A stretch of DNA of 64,000 nt, from NCBI RefSeq assembly GCF_009914755.1, contig NC_060931.1; one strand, written 5' to 3'. The notes beneath the pieces were generated by a model that had not been told where the DNA came from, searched no databases, and saw nothing but the letters and a program-made list of their open reading frames with translations. This DNA is from the human T2T-CHM13v2.0 reference genome, Homo sapiens. Shown piece by piece: positions 1 to 16,390 of the stretch. Both the position numbers and the translations under genes were made by a program. Positions within the stretch are counted from its first letter, which is position 1. Each line of letters begins with the position of its first letter.

Positions 1-129
1 CCCTCCTGTTTTCTTATAGATCTCATTAGCATTTGAAATTACAGCACATTTCCATGTTTATTTAATTTCTGTCTTCTCCAGTGCATTGAAAGTTCCATAA
101 GGCCTTGACTGTTTTTCTTTGTACAGCAT

Positions 130-335
130 AGAGGTCAAAAGCATGGAAACTGGAGTTAAAAGATGTGGATTTGAAGCCTGGCTGTGACACTTACGGACTG
201 TGTGACCTGGAGAATTAATCTTCCTATGCTTTAGTTGCTCATCTGCAAATATGCATATAATTGTACCTGTCAGGAGACTGTTGCAAAGACTAAATGAGCT
301 AATGTATTATTTAGTGTCTGGTTTACAGTAAGTAG
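130..335 (+). mobile_element. MIR SINE relic within an L2 3' end
   Basis: MIR core-like 'ctgtgtgacctgg...ttagttgctcatctgcaaat'. An L2 3'-terminal motif 'tggcacatagtaggtattcgataat' follows at ~420-465. Boundaries approximate. Confidence 0.55.
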
Positions 336-528
336 GCCCTCTGTGAGTGTTGGGTATGGTTGCTGTTGTTGTCTTGCTATTATTACTATATCCTGGCATA
401 TAGTAGTATGTGTATATCTGGCACATAGTAGGTATTCGATAATTTTTCATTGAGTTAATAAATTGAAAAATAATGAATAATCGGGTGAAGAATGAAAGGA
501 AAAAGGACTTTAAATTTCCCATATGTTG

Positions 529-819
529 GGCTGGGTGCAGTGGCTCACACCTGTAATCGCAGCACTTTGCGAGGCCAAGGCGGGCAGATCACCTGAGGTC
601 AGGAGTTCGAGACTAGCCTGGCCAACATGGTGAAACCTTGTCTCTACTGAAAATACAAAAACTAGCCAGGTATGGTGGCGTACACCTGTAATCCCAGCTA
701 CTCAGAAGGCTGAGGCAGGCGAATCACTTGAACCCGCAAGGCGGAGGTTACACTGAGCCGAGATCATGCTACTGCACTCCAGACTGGGCAGCAGAGTGAG
801 ACTCCATCTCAAAAGAAAT
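529..819 (+). mobile_element. AluS (Sx-like), full length
   Basis: GGCTGGGTGCAGTGGCTCAC start, dimeric body, short A tail. TSD aaa(t/a)ttcccatatgttg at 512-528 and 820-836. Confidence 0.95.
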
Positions 820-3800
820 AAAATTCCCATATGTTGTGGCAAGAAGTGAATGCTGTGTACTTTGAAAGCCGTGATACTCATTTCTCAGTGGTGTGTGGCG
901 TCACTAGTAGTGACCACACTGAAAGAACTAGTCCTTGTTCTTTGATGACAATGGTTGTGACTTGACACCCTAATTTGTGATGAGCTTTTTCCCAGAGGCT
1001 TTCTGATGTATAGGTAATGATCTTTATTACAGCATTGGGAGATAATCATATCTCAGGCTTCAGCAAATTTTCCCTTACCATTTATTTTCTCATTAAAAAA
1101 ACCTCATATCATCCAAAATGGAGGCTTTATGTAAAAATCAAGAGATTGGGTTTTCTTTCAGAAAGAGCAGGGACTTGTTCTAGGTTGGATTTCCTTATGT
1201 ACCTTCAGGAGCAATAAAGACAGGAAAAGACTTTTCCTGTCCTTCCAGGCTTTCCCACTTCTTACTGGGCATCAGTGCAGATGTGCTCTTCTTGGACTCC
1301 CATGGAGCAGGCCAAGCCCTCTCTGACAGAGTGATTCTGAATGTACTGAGCTCTGATGGGGTGCTCTGAAGAGGGGACAGAACTGGGATGTACTCAGGTG
1401 TAGACTCAGTGTTCAGGACAATCATCTGTCCTTACCCTTTGGCTAGTGCTGAGCAGTGTGAAAAAGTGAGCTCTTGCCCCAAAATGCTGCTTATGCATCC
1501 TGAGTTCAGTGCCAAGGAGTGACCCTAAAGAGAGGCTTTTCCTCTATCAGAGCATTTCAAATCTTCTCCCATGTGTAGAGGAAAGGATACCTACAGCCAG
1601 TGAGGGCAGTTTTTGTTTTCTAACAACATATTTCACTTAAAATAATTTTTTATTTACCAAGACAAACTTACAAGAAAGTGATCTGGAATAATTTAGAACC
1701 ATTTCCCTTATATGTAATGTGACAAGAAATGTGACAATTGGAAGAGATGTTAGAAAATAATGTGATGTCAAAACAAACAGTTTTTATAAAAGTGAGATTT
1801 TAAGAAAACATCTGTGAAAAATAACCGGTCCCATATAACCCATACAATATATTGTTAGGAATTTTTTTCTTGGTGCAAGGCTGCACAATCAACAAGTTTC
1901 CCACTGTAAAAATATAATAAAGTACTTCTATATTTCCGTAAGTAAATAATATAATAAAAGTCTAACCAGAATGTGGTATCAGAGGCTTAATATGAAAACA
2001 CCTATTTGGTAATTTTTGTTTGGCATGTTGCTACCACTCAGGAAAGAGGATCCAGATGGCCAGGCTAGTATATTGCACTGTATGTACATACCTCAGAAAT
2101 CTTTCAAAGGGAGTAAAATGAAAAAAAAAAAAAAAGAAACAGAAGAGCATATAGCTAGAGTTCCAGTATGTGGCTCAGTGCACTTCTGTGTGTGGTATCA
2201 GGAGATGAACTATGGGGAGGGGAGTAGAGAGAATTTTGGATCACATTGGCACGAAGCAAATAACGCTCTAGGAGAATTCTACTTTGAGGGCTTAATCTCG
2301 TGATAACTGGACTAGTTTTAAAGTGTAATTTCCATAATGTATTTGAACTTTGGGGGTCAGCACCAGCTTTAATTAATGTGAATTTTCCTTATCATAATGA
2401 GTCAACTGGAATTTTTATTTGATATGAGGAAAGACCAAGGAGCTGACCTTTATTCTTAATAATAAAAAGAAGTTAGTAATAATGATGGAAAGTAAGAGGC
2501 TGCTTCATATAGCAAATAGTAGATAAGTTATTTGATGACTTAAACATAATGCTCTTATAAAAAGTCACTGAGGCATTTGAAAAATAGAAATAATCTCCCT
2601 CAGCATCCTAAATGTTTACATAATTAATATCATAATTAAAGACATAAGCGCTTAAATTATGGCTACAGTTCTATGATATGCCCACTGCACAAGGTCCTGG
2701 TACTATTCATAGTTTAAATTGTCCTAACTATAATCTTGAGTGAGTGCATTTCTCACCTTTTTTGCTTAAAAAAAAAAAAAGAAAAATAAGGGGCTTGCAA
2801 GGGGAAGATAAATAGTTTTTCGACCAATGTAGACATGAACCATATCTGACTACTATTGGCTAGAATGAAAGAAGAAAGCAAACCTTTTGGAAATAGAGTT
2901 GCTGGCACAGAATTGCCATACTTGAGTTCTGATATCTCCCCCACCCTAATGAAACCAAGGGCTGCAGCAGGGTAGGGCTGCTATGTGTGCTCAACAGGAA
3001 GAAAGATCCTAAATGATTGTCTGAGTGAAGTTGATCTTCTAGTTGCAGGAAATTTTAAGATTATGACTTATCAATGAAAGGGCTAGTGGAAGGGCAGTGA
3101 AAAATAATGGGATAAATGAAAAATAGTTGTAGATCTGAAAAGAGGCCCTAACTCAGAAGCAGACATGCACAACCTAAATAATCAAGGGGGTTCTCCACAT
3201 TCTATGCCCTGTTAGAGAACAATGGCAGATAGGATTTTGAAGGGGATTCAACTTTAGCTTTAGTACAGAATGCATCACAGGCCCTTTTTTTTTAAGTGTT
3301 TGTAGACTCCTTCTGGAAGTAGTCTGCAGGGAATGTTTTCTGCATGGCCCTTAGTTGGTTTCAGGGCAGATCAAGAGTGAGGTGCTGCAAAATCGAAATG
3401 GGAAATGTGTATTATAATTGACAGAAGGCTCAGTATTAAAACAAACAAACAACAACAACAACAACAAAAACAGGCAAACAAATCCAGCTGTGAAGAATGG
3501 CAGGTATATGGAACAGTGACACCAAAAATGAATGAAGTATGAATAGTAAAGAGATGATGAAATTCAGGGTTGGAAAGCCTGTGGAATTTCATAACATCAG
3601 ATGCCTATTTAATTTGATATCATCAATGGCTTAAAAATGTATTGGCACAGGACAAGCAGAGAGCTAGAATATGTCATATGGTGCAGAGCTGTGTGCAAAT
3701 CCCAGTTTTTAAGAAAGAAAAATTATGGCTTCACCCCCAGTCAGGGAATTATAATAGACTCTAAAATTAAGCTATTTAAAGGGAGAGATACTAGATGTAT

Positions 3801-4206
3801 GGCAGGTGGAAATAAGTAGAAAGATTAAAATAAGGCAACCTAAGAAAGAATAGGTCATTGTAAAATTTGACGAAAAGCATTTCTAATGTTTCTTTTTGAA
3901 AACCTAGTTATAAATTGTGAGTTTAAATTGATTTCTGTAATATAATGCCTTTAATGGGGAAAGGGTACTTACAGTGAACATTTGGGTAAATACATTTACA
4001 GAACATTTTAAGAACCTGTATAATTACAAACTAGACTAATTGAATTCATCTAAAATTCAAATGATTAATAGCCAGCGATATTGTGGATCTGTGTGATGCC
4101 AAATATGAGCTGAATAGCTACATTTTAACCAGTTGACTGGACAAAACATAGTATTGACCACTTGGTATGTTATAAAAACCTTCATAGAGAAAGGAATGCT
4201 CTACTG

Positions 4207-4778
<572 letters not shown>

Positions 4779-5180
4779 TCCAGAGCAAAGATGATTTAGT
4801 GTGAATTTAGGAAAATAATCATTTCTCCTTTGGAAAATTGTGGAAGATTTATACAAGTTATTCATAGCTAATTTTGTATTAGAAGGTAGATTAGATAAAA
4901 TATACTTAACCTAAGCAATTTGAGACTTTTTTCCTTTGGTTTTATTTTCTCACCTCCATTTATGACTTTTATTGCTAATGTATTATCCCCAATTAAATTG
5001 TAGGTTGATTGAAAATTAGACTTATTTTCCAGATGTGATTTGATTGACCCTTTGTGCTGTAAAAAATGACATGGCCCACCTCTGAGAAACAATATAGCTT
5101 AAAAACCATTTAACAAAAGTATTTAACCTTGTGTCAAGTGGATATAGACTCATAGGCTTTTGAATGTTGGACAGATATTA

Positions 5181-5525
<345 letters not shown>

Positions 5526-5539
5526 AAGAAATAATAATG

Positions 5540-5745
5540 ATAAATACTAACTATTGAGCAACGACCACTTGCAAAAACCTTTAGTTTGACCCTCATAACA
5601 ATCCTACAAGGTTCGTATTATACCCATTTTGCAGATGAAGAAATTGAGGCTTAAAAAATTACTCAAAAGAACTTGTTCAAGGTCATAGAGACAATAGGTG
5701 GTTTGAGCCAAAATCAGACTCTTTCCCTGGCCTACGGCATGTTTC
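5540..5745 (-). mobile_element. MIR
   Basis: 'cctcataacaatcct...cccattttgcagatgaagaaattgaggc' is the reverse MIR core. Confidence 0.7.
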
Positions 5746-8700
5746 CACTAAGTCTGAGAGAGATTCAGAGTCTTGCCAAAAGAATACCTTGGAAAAATTG
5801 AGATCAACACGCATCTGATTCCCACTGCAGTTCCATTTCTGCCACTTTCTTCTGCCTCCCAATGTAACGTCCATTTCTTTAGTGTAAGTCTTCAATATGC
5901 ATTTTCACCATTCTGTATCATCATGCAAGGAAGGAGCTGCTCTTTGCAGGGGAAATAATTATCTATGTATTTTCCAGAATTTCCTCGTCAAGCATACTTA
6001 TGTAGCCGTCATACCATCCTTTTCATTTCTCTAACCTAGAGTCTGCGGTGATTCTTTTCCCCTAATGTGCCCTTGGTTACACCTCTGAGATTATTGCCAT
6101 TAATCTTAGACTGTGAATTCCTACAGGACTAGAGCAACATCCACATTACTGGCTCTATGTCATCCATTCTTGCCCTCAATTAAATGCAGAAATTTTCTTA
6201 ATAGATTTGCTTATTGATGGTGGTGGTGAAGATGGACAGAGTTGCTAAGGTACTGACACAGTTCCAGAGAAAGTAATAATAGACTTGAGCAGTTTCTGGG
6301 GGATCAGGGTGAGGAAGAGAAGCTAGCGTGTGGTCAATATTTGCATCTTGACCTGTCATCTTACTGGCTGGATGACTTTGGGTAAGTCATCTAACTAATT
6401 TTGACTTTTCATTTTCTTGACTTAATTTTTCTAAGGCTTGTACAATTCTATTCCAGATTTTTTTTAAAAAGAGATTGCAAGTTATAGACATTTAAAAAAT
6501 AACATCTGCTAACCAAATGTTGCTGTGTATTTACCAAGAAAGTAAATGTTAGGCAAACCATCAAGGATAGAGTGAAATTAAAGCAGAAAGAAAATAAAGA
6601 AAAACTAGAAAGACGAGTAGGCATCTAAAGTTAAGTTTTCTCAATCTAATGAAACTTTAAATAAAATATATTTTCTTCGTTCTTAGGATTATTGAATTAA
6701 TGCACATAAAACACTTAAAATTGTACCTAGAACATAGTAAGCACTCAAAAAAATGTTAGCTATGATTACTGTTACTATTCCTACTACTACTAAAGAGATC
6801 AGGGCCAGAGGCATGGTTAGTGTTTACAAAATTTAGTAAACAGAAAAATTGAACTTACAATGTACTACCTAATGAAGGCAATTGAGTGGCGCAATTTGTG
6901 TATGCTGGATCTACTTTGTTTTGAAATTAAGAAAATGTTTGCGAGTATTTTTAGTAAACTGCATGGTGTTATAAAAATGCTATTGTGATTCTTATAATGA
7001 ATTGTATGCATTACTAACAAAACACCAGGTTCAGTTAAGAGTTTAATTTAGTGTTAACAGAACTAGCTCTTCCATTTTATTTGCCTGGAGTAATGACTGA
7101 AAATAATAGGAATGTATTTTGGAAATCATTTTGAACTGTTTGATAACTGCAACTACACAAACTTAAAAAAAGGAAGCCATGTTTTGAAGAATGCATGGCA
7201 AAACAGTTTTTTAATTGTGTTAAGACCTGAACATTTAGTCATTCTTACTAAGTTCTTCCAAATGGTAGAGAAATATTATCAGCTGTTACCCAAATTATTT
7301 CCTCTTCACAGTTATCGAAAGCAAAATTGAATATTCTCCATCTCTAATAACATCAGGAACAAATTAGAAATAGCATTTTCCTCTGCTATTCGAAATTTAA
7401 CTATAATACATTGAAAATTAGGTTTCTCAATACTTTATCTGTGAATCTTTATTGTTTTCCTAAGTAAAGAAGGTAGTGATTTAAAATTTTCAGATTTATG
7501 CTCAAATGAAGGTTATGTTGTTCTATTTTTCATTAACATGTTAATTCCTCCTTGTATTTCTTTAGCTTTTCTAAAGAAAGTAAAAAAGCAGCAACAACAT
7601 TGCTTCTTATAAATGGTTCATTTTAAAGTCATCAGTTTATTATAAAATCAGAATATCAAGTTTGCTATGACTACATCTATGACTATGATCCAAACTACTG
7701 GATTAAACAACAAGCAAATGAACATTCTCTGTTTTACATATTCATCCAAATTCCTTTTGTGGTGACTATTTAGAGCTGATTTTGACAAGAGAACTTACTA
7801 AATAAGCTTGTTTGACCACACTGTTTTTGGAGATGCCAGTGAGCATCACTGAGCCATCCTGAAGGCCATGGTGAATAGTTCTGCTCTTCCAGACCTCTCA
7901 GTCTTTTGAAAGGGCTCTCCAGTAAGATGAGCAGGATAGGGAAATGGGTCAGGATCCACCAGCCCCAGTTCACTTTGCTGAAGACCCCTCCATTGTCGGC
8001 AGGATGGGCTCTAGAGGGAGCTCCAGCCCTGTCATCTTGTACTTCTGAGAACTTTGCCTTTTACAGGGTCAGGTCCAGACTCATTTTCTCCCTGACACTG
8101 CCTGTAGGATGATATTCTAGAGGACGGAGGGTGGAGGATAAAATATGAAGACTGAAAAAGAATAAAAAAAAGGATTCATCAGAAATCACACAGTAGAAGG
8201 GAAAGCTCCTTTACCTACAAGGGAAAAGCTAACTCCTCCTGAATATTTCTGCAGCCCCTTGCCTTAATATAAAATGCTTTGAAATTACTCTCTATAATCT
8301 ATCTGACCTTTGGAGAAGCTGCTGTGACTTCCAATGGCCTCCTTTTTTGGAGAACTCATTGGCATGGTCATCCCCATCAGGTCATTTTGGTTGTTGTTTC
8401 TTAGACTGGAGATGGACACATGGGGATGACTTGAGCAGTTCACTGGATAATTCAAAAGAAATTGAGGAATTCAGAACTCTAAGGTTCTAAACAGCCCTTT
8501 GGTCTTGGTGGTCATGAACTATGCATTATAGTTGTGTTTCTGCAGGTGCCTGAACTTGTTTTGAAAATTTAAAAAGTAGGGTTGGAAATCCCATTTCTTG
8601 GGAAACTTTAGGGACTTTTCAGAATTTAAAAATAATGTTTAAGATAACTCAGAACATGGACCGCAGCCATAGGCAAATAATGCTTCACAAAATCAGAGTG

Positions 8701-9496
8701 AAAAACTGGGCACCTAATTTAATTACCAGTTCCTACCTACATATTCCAGTCTCTGTTTCCTTAAATAAAACAAAAGAAAAGGAAAGGAATGAGTTCCTTT
8801 TATACCCACAAATAGCATTATCCACTGAACACCACTCAAAGGAGACACAAATTCTCAAGCTGGTTCCTATTTTATCTCTTTAGGAACCTGAAGTGCAGAA
8901 AGTTCTTTAAAGGAAAATTTTCAAAAAGCACACTTCCCTTCTCTAAATCAATACTTTTTCCGTCTTATACTCAGAGAGCATTCTTTTTAAGCCTCACCAG
9001 AATTTTCCCTCATTAGCCCCAGTGCCCTGCTATGGCCCCAGTACCCACTAAAGTGTCTGTGTGTGAACAAACCAAGTAGAAAATTTGAAACTGTACTGAT
9101 AGTGCAATTTAATTCAGCATGCTAGCATTACTGTGGTACTGCTTAGAATGTTTTGGCCACACATAGTGTGCAGAGAACAAAGGAGAAAATTCTGCAATCA
9201 ATATGAGTTTGCATTTCATAAGGGCTGTTCCCTTCTTTTGCATATTATTAAAGAATTGACTTTTTTTTTTTTTTTGCAAATTCTCTAGAAAACCAAACAA
9301 ATGATTGTGAGAGGTGGTCCCTATACACTAAAGTTTTAATTATGATAGAGCTATTCAAGAAATGGAATGAGTCTCACTTATAATTCTTCGTCTCCAAGTC
9401 TCATGATGACATGAGCAGTTCATTTGAAATTTTTCCCCAAATGTGTTAAAGTATTATCCAAGTTTAGTGTAGAAATATGATTTATAAGAAGCCAAA

Positions 9497-9937
<441 letters not shown>

Positions 9938-9995
9938 TCACTTCATCTGCCTCATGTTATGAATAATATATTTTACATTTGTGTGTATGGCTTGC

Positions 9996-10016
9996 GTGTG
10001 TGTGTGTGTGTGTGTG
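9996..10016 (+). repeat. (TG)n microsatellite
   Basis: Visible TG run. Confidence 0.85.
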
Positions 10017-10209
10017 GTTTACAAAATCATACTAAAACAACCATTTGTGTACCTGCTACCCACTCCCCTGATTACATCCCCTCTCACCTAGAAGTATCCA
10101 CTTTCTTGAGTCTTGAGTTTTGTGTTATTATCTTATATTTTCTTATAGTTTTATCAGTGATGTACACATTCCTGGGTAGCATATTGTTTAATTTTGTCTG
10201 TTTCTGTTT

Positions 10210-11725
10210 TTAAATGAAATGCTTTTAATATTTCACCATTTAGAATGACATATACTATAGATTTTTATTTTTGCAAATACTAATTAGATTAAAGGAGCTC
10301 CCTTATATTCCTACACTAAGTTTTTAAATTGTGAATGTAAGTTGAATTTTATTGAATGCAATTCCTGCATCTATTGAAATGATCAAATTACTTTTCCAAA
10401 TTAATATATATTGATAAGATAATTATAATACTGGATTTTCTAATGTTGAAGTAATTGTGCATTTAAAAAATGAAGCCAACTTTGCCATACATCATGTGAC
10501 TTGATGCTAATATTTTATTTATTATTTTTAATTTTTTTATTTCAATAGCTTTTGGGGTGCAAATGGTTGTTGGTAACCTGGATGAATGGTATAGTGGTGA
10601 AAGCTGAGATTTTAGTGCACCTATAGCCCGAGTTGTATACATTGTGCTCAATATGTAGCTTTTAAATCCCCAATCCCACTTCCACCCTTCCCCTTCTGAA
10701 TCTCCAAAGACCATCATATCACTCTGTTTGCCTTTGCGTACCTATACCTTAGCTCCCACTTAAAAGTGAAAACATACGGTATTTGGTTTTCCATTTCTGA
10801 GTTACTTCACTTAGAGTAATGGCCTCTAGCTTCATCCAAGTTGCTGCAAAAGACATTATTTCATTCTTTTTTATGGCTGAATAGTATTCCATGCTGTATG
10901 TATATATGCCACATTTTCTTTAGCCACACATTAATTGATAGGCACTTAGGTTGGTTCCATAGCTTTGCAGCTGTGAATTGTGCTACAATAAACATATGCA
11001 TGCAAGTGCCTTTTTGATATAATGACTTATTTTCCTTTGGGTAGCTACCCAGTAATGGGTTTGCTGGATCAAATGGTAGATCTACTTTATGATTTTTTGA
11101 AGTATTTTCATGAGTAAAATTGGTCTTTTTTTGTTTCATTTGTCACACTGGCTTTACCTAGTTTGGATAAGAGGGTTATATAAGATTCATAAAAGTTGAG
11201 AAGTCTCTCTCTTTTTTTGTCTTTGAGAAAAAAATTTGTGTATGAATCAAATGTCTGTTTTTGGAACGTTTAATAGAGTTATCTCATAAAACTGTTTGAG
11301 ACTGGTATTTCTTTATGGAAGGATTTTTATACTACTATTACATTTCTTTAATTGTTATAGAATCATCTAGGCTTTTTATTTCATCTTGAGTCAGTTTGTA
11401 AAGATATATTTTCCTAAGAATTTGTCTAATTATTTTATCTAAATTTTCAAATGTGTTGGCATAAAGCTGCTCCTAATATATTCACATAATAGTGTAAGGG
11501 TTGCTTGTGTATTCTCTATGTTCTTTAACTCAATTTTGCCAAAGTTTTGTTATTGCCTTTTTAAAAGAACCAGCTTTAACTTTGTTGATTTTCTCCACTA
11601 CATTCTTCTGTCCTATAGCATTCATTTTTGCTTTTTAAAATATTTCCTTCTGTTTTCTTTGGGTTTAGTCTCTTGTTCTTTTTCTAACTTTTTAATTTGG
11701 TTACCAAGTTTGTTAATTTTTTAGC
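10210..11725 (-). mobile_element. Ancient L1 (L1ME/L1M-type) ORF2 relic hosting a younger L1 3' end
   Basis: T-rich antisense L1-like sequence ('aatgcaattcctgcatctattgaaatgatc', 'aaagaaccagctttaactttgttgattttctc'). Confidence 0.6.
10515..11088 (-). mobile_element. L1PB-type 3' end, 5'-truncated
   Basis: Antisense 3'UTR 'tttcaatagcttttggggtgcaaatgg...'. ORF 10861-11139 gives the ORF2p C-terminal peptide DLPFDPANPLLGSYPKE...WNQPKC. Confidence 0.85.
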
Positions 11726-12307
11726 CACTACCACTTTTGGGAAAATGACCTGTTTATCTATGCTGAGATTTTTGAAAAGGATGTTATTGTAAGTTTTGAG
11801 CAGGAATTGCCTGCAACCATTATAAGCATCATATAAAATAACAAAAGTCTATGTTCATTATAAAAAGCTCAAGTTACTTGTTAAAATATTTACAAATATT
11901 TCAATGGCATGGTTTATACAAATTACATATACTTGATATTGAAGCTACATTCAATATATTTTTAATATTTAGTACTTTATATTCATTTTTTTCTGAGTTA
12001 TGTGATGTAAACATAATAAGTGGTTTTACAAAGTTACATTTAGCATAATAGATGATGCTCCTAGATACCTTCCCATTTATTCTAGCAATTGCTATTGTAC
12101 TAGTATCATTTTCTATGATATGAAAAAGATGAGAAAAAACTCTTTACCACTAGTGGTCAGTTGATGCCCCCATGGTTAATGTCAGCTTTAGTGCTCCACT
12201 ACATCTTTGGATTGTTGCTTTGTCTTTTTTCTTACTTCTAATATTGTCTTACTTTACTATAAGCTCAGTCTTGCATGCTTTTAAAAGTTTTGAATTTTTA
12301 TTCCTTC

Positions 12308-12569
<262 letters not shown>

Positions 12570-13199
12570 TATTCCATATTTTTAAGTGTTCTAGTTATCA
12601 GGGTTTTTTTTTTTTTTTTTGGTCATCTGTTCTGCTGTATTGTTCAAAATGTAAGTCCCGTGGATAATATTCTATTTCCTTTGCTTAACTGTGTGGCCAC
12701 ATGAGCTCCAAACATCAAAGTACCAAGTCACCACTTTGTGCCATTGCTCAATGGGGAACAGGATGGGAGAAATGGACACAGATGCATGCAAAGTAATTGT
12801 AGTTTCTGAAATGACTACTCAAAACTCATGAATCTCTCATACTGGGTTAGCATCATGTTTTTCTGAGATAAACTATATTAGGAGCAAAGGAATGAAGTTC
12901 TCCACTTCCAGTGACACACGTATGTAGTGTAGTAGATTTCTCTTAGTTCTATAAAAATAAAAATACCAAATGAAATAATAGAAATACTGTAATTGGATTC
13001 TCACTCCTCCTGTTCTTCTTTCACTCATTCATTTATCCTTCCCTATTGCATTCCTTTTATGTGTATTAGAGGAGATATGAAGACTAACACACTTTCTAAT
13101 GTTGAGGATCTCTTTGGGATTAGTTTTCTTCATAAGATTGGAAATAATTTTGCATTACCAGGAAGAAAAATGTGGCGGCCATTATACCATACTAGATAA

Positions 13200-13390
13200 G
13201 TGCATAAATTCCAAAGCCAGAACATCTGGGTTTGTGTGGTGGATACTTCTTTTACAGGGTAATTGTATGACCTTGGACCAGTTCCTTAGCCTATCTGTGC
13301 CTCAGTTTCCTCATCTGTAAAATGAGGATTAAAAATAGTACCTATCTCAGATCTGGTACACAGAAAACATTGATAAACATTAGGTATTAG
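13200..13390 (+). mobile_element. MIR
   Basis: Core 'tctgtgcctcagtttcctcatctgtaaaatgagg...atagtacctatctca'. Confidence 0.8.
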
Positions 13391-13860
13391 TATCACCATC
13401 GCCATTGTCTTATCACTCTAGACAGGCAATCCCAGAAAGAACAAGAAGTATAAAGGACTTGGTAGATTGCTCTTCTATAAAAACTCCAGGCGACCTCACT
13501 GTTTTATTTCTTTTTTAATCTAGAAAAAAAAATCATGCACATTTTGGTGTTGCCAAGCCATTGCTACTCCACTATTTATTGAGTAAGGTCAGTCCTTTCC
13601 ATACTAGGCCTTTCTAGGGATTTGGTAATAGTGAGGGGAGAACAGAACAAGGTGTGAAACTTTCCAGGGCTGGGTCCTCTTTTCACCCTCTTTTTGGAGT
13701 TAGGGATTGGGGCGCTGCAGAATGATATCATTGAGGCTCAGGTGAAGGGTTGCAAGGAGCTGTAATGGCTCCTTGTAGCCTTTTTGCTAGAAGCTTCCTA
13801 AGGACAGGGACCATCGCTGTTTTACTCACTATTGTAGTTTAGTGCCTAGGTTGCTTGTTA

Positions 13861-14178
<318 letters not shown>

Positions 14179-14371
14179 AAACTTTGCCTTGTTTTCTGAT
14201 ACACAAAACTGATGTCACAATCCAAAGCTTTCTATTAGAAACTGATATAAAGACAATTTCTCAGCTCTTTATAGAGAAAGGGTTAACATACTGATTTTTC
14301 CCACAGAGTCAGTGCAATGGGAGATCGTATCATTTCTGTATGATCTAAGCTCTATTTAAGAAAACAGATTT

Positions 14372-14657
14372 GGCTGGGCGCAGTGGCTCACGCCTGTAAT
14401 CCCAGAACTTTGGAAGACCGAGGCGTGTGGATCACGAGGTCAAGAGATGGAGACCATCCTGGCCAACGTGGTGAAACCTCATCTCTACTAAAAATACAAA
14501 AATTAGCTAGGCGTGGTGGTGCGTGCCTGTAATTCCAGCTATTGGAGGCTGAGGCAGGAGAATCACTTGAACTTGGGAGGCGGAGCTTGCAGTGAGCCGA
14601 GATCTCGTACTATTGCACTCCAGCCTGGCGACAGAGCGAGACTCCGTCTCAAAAAAA
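14372..14657 (+). mobile_element. AluSc
   Basis: 'ggatcacgaggtcaagagat..agaccatcctggccaac'. TSD aagaa(a/c)acagatt. Confidence 0.93.
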
Positions 14658-15212
14658 GAACACAGATTCAATTTTGATTTCAAGATTAAAAACGATGAAC
14701 TATGAAACAAACTTGTTTATGTTTTAACATCTTGTGTATATAAATATGGAATGACACATATTCTAAATGGCTTACCTTGACTAGGAAAATTTGGCACTGA
14801 AAAAAAGATATTCTGTTAAAATCACATATGTAGGTCCTATGGTTTGTAATATTTGACCTTAACACAAAGAAGAAAAACATTATAGAGCCAAGTAAACACT
14901 AACACATTTGAGAATAAACCTTGTTTTTAAACAGATTGTTTTCCAAAAGAAATTCTTTTTGTTCTCAGGCTTCAGGGTAGCAACTATAAAATCCGAAAGT
15001 TGAGCAAGGTGGGAAGATCTAGAGGACAAAAGAAAAAGACTGAAAGACACTGCAGTATAATTCAAGGCGCTAAACAGATGAGACTGGCACGTGTCAGAAG
15101 CAGCAGTGACCTTGTGCGCGTCTTACCATCCCTGCTCCATTTAGACATTTATACAATGGTTGCAAGAGGAAGGCTGATCAGGCAAAGTCTAATTGGGGAG
15201 CTGAAGAACCTC

Positions 15213-15316
15213 TTTATTCTCCTCGTCCTCCTTCTACCACTCTTCTCCTTTTTTCTCCTTTGACTCCTCCTTTTCCTTCTATCCTCCTCCCTCTCTTATC
15301 CTCCTTCTCTTCTTCA
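15213..15316 (+). repeat. CT-rich polypyrimidine low-complexity tract
   Basis: ~100 nt composed mostly of C and T. Confidence 0.75.
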
Positions 15317-15862
15317 CAAATCTGGCTTGAAGTTAAAACTCTCTGGGAAGACAAAAACACAAGACATTTATAAATGAAGAAAGAAAAACCTATATAGGTA
15401 GAGAAAGAACATTTTACTTAGAAGCTAACAAAAAGACAATATGAAATAATAAAAAAATTAATTCAAGTCTCCTTCAAAATATAGCAGCATCAATTTGCTG
15501 CTTTGCAGAGCAATAATAAAGTGGTGTCCTAAGAGATATTAATAATTGTTTTTTCTTATAAAATAGTTGTCTTACCTTTTCCACTGTTGTGAAGTTTCTT
15601 TCTTTTTAATAAACCCCAAGAAATAAGAAAAATGTATAAAATCTTGAGTGCAGTTGTAGAGTAGATATTGAAAGCTAGAGAAAAGTGTTGGGAAATGAAT
15701 TATTCTGTATAATAAACCCCAGACATACAAGGGAGCCCTTTTATGATATTGCTCAGATACATTGTTCACAAGGTTTCTTTAAGAAGATGCCTTTGATTTT
15801 GAAATGACTTTGTGATGTCTGGCTGCTATGGTAACTGCTATTTTATTAAAAAGTAGCATTTA

Positions 15863-15992
15863 TAGCATTAGGAGAAATACCTAATGTAGATGACAGGTTG
15901 ATGGGTGCATCAAACCACCATAGCACGTGTATACCTGTGTAACAAACCTGCACGTTCTGCACATGTATCCCCGAACTTAAAGTATAATTTTA
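15863..15992 (+). mobile_element. L1PA (PA7/8-like) extreme 3' fragment
   Basis: 'tagcattaggagaaatacctaatgtagatgac...gaacttaaagtataat'. TSD aaaaagta(g/a)catttata on both sides. Confidence 0.92.
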
Positions 15993-16219
15993 AAAAAGTA
16001 ACATTTATAATCAACTAAAATTTCTAACTTTTTGACATGCTATTCTAGAGTTCCCTTACATTTACCCCACTTTCCAACTCATCACATAATTTGCTATAAC
16101 CTTACTTTTTGGAAATGCCTTTGTTTCCCTATTTTTTAATACGTTAGATTGGTATCATTGTCATATTTGAGTAAAGATTTAGTGTTATTGCGAAGCTAGT
16201 TCCTTTTGCCCACGATAGT

Positions 16220-16390
16220 GCCATTTGCTGAGAGCTTTCCTTATACCAAGTACTATTCTGGTGCTCTATGTATTATCTCATTTAATCCTTACAACAATAA
16301 TATGAGGTGTATTATTATTATTATTCCCATTTAACTGACAAGGAAATGGAGGCACAGAGAGATTAGGAAATATTGCCCAGGATCATACAG
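16220..16390 (-). mobile_element. MIR
   Basis: 'catttaatccttacaacaa...cccatttaactgacaaggaaatggaggcacagagag'. Confidence 0.75.

Noticed and set aside
884-925. Imperfect hairpin around GTCACTA-G-TAGTGAC
   Set aside because: Short, bulged stem with a 1-nt loop; not significant.
1195-1425. Ser/Pro-rich 76-aa minus-strand ORF in GC-richer unique sequence
   Set aside because: No homology recognised, and it lies opposite the inferred transcription direction.
14968-15014. Possible 40-nt exon (ttttgttctcag|GCTT...CAAG|gtggga)
   Set aside because: Weak donor and an unrecognised peptide (LQGSNYKIRKLSK); indistinguishable from a pseudo-exon without RNA data.
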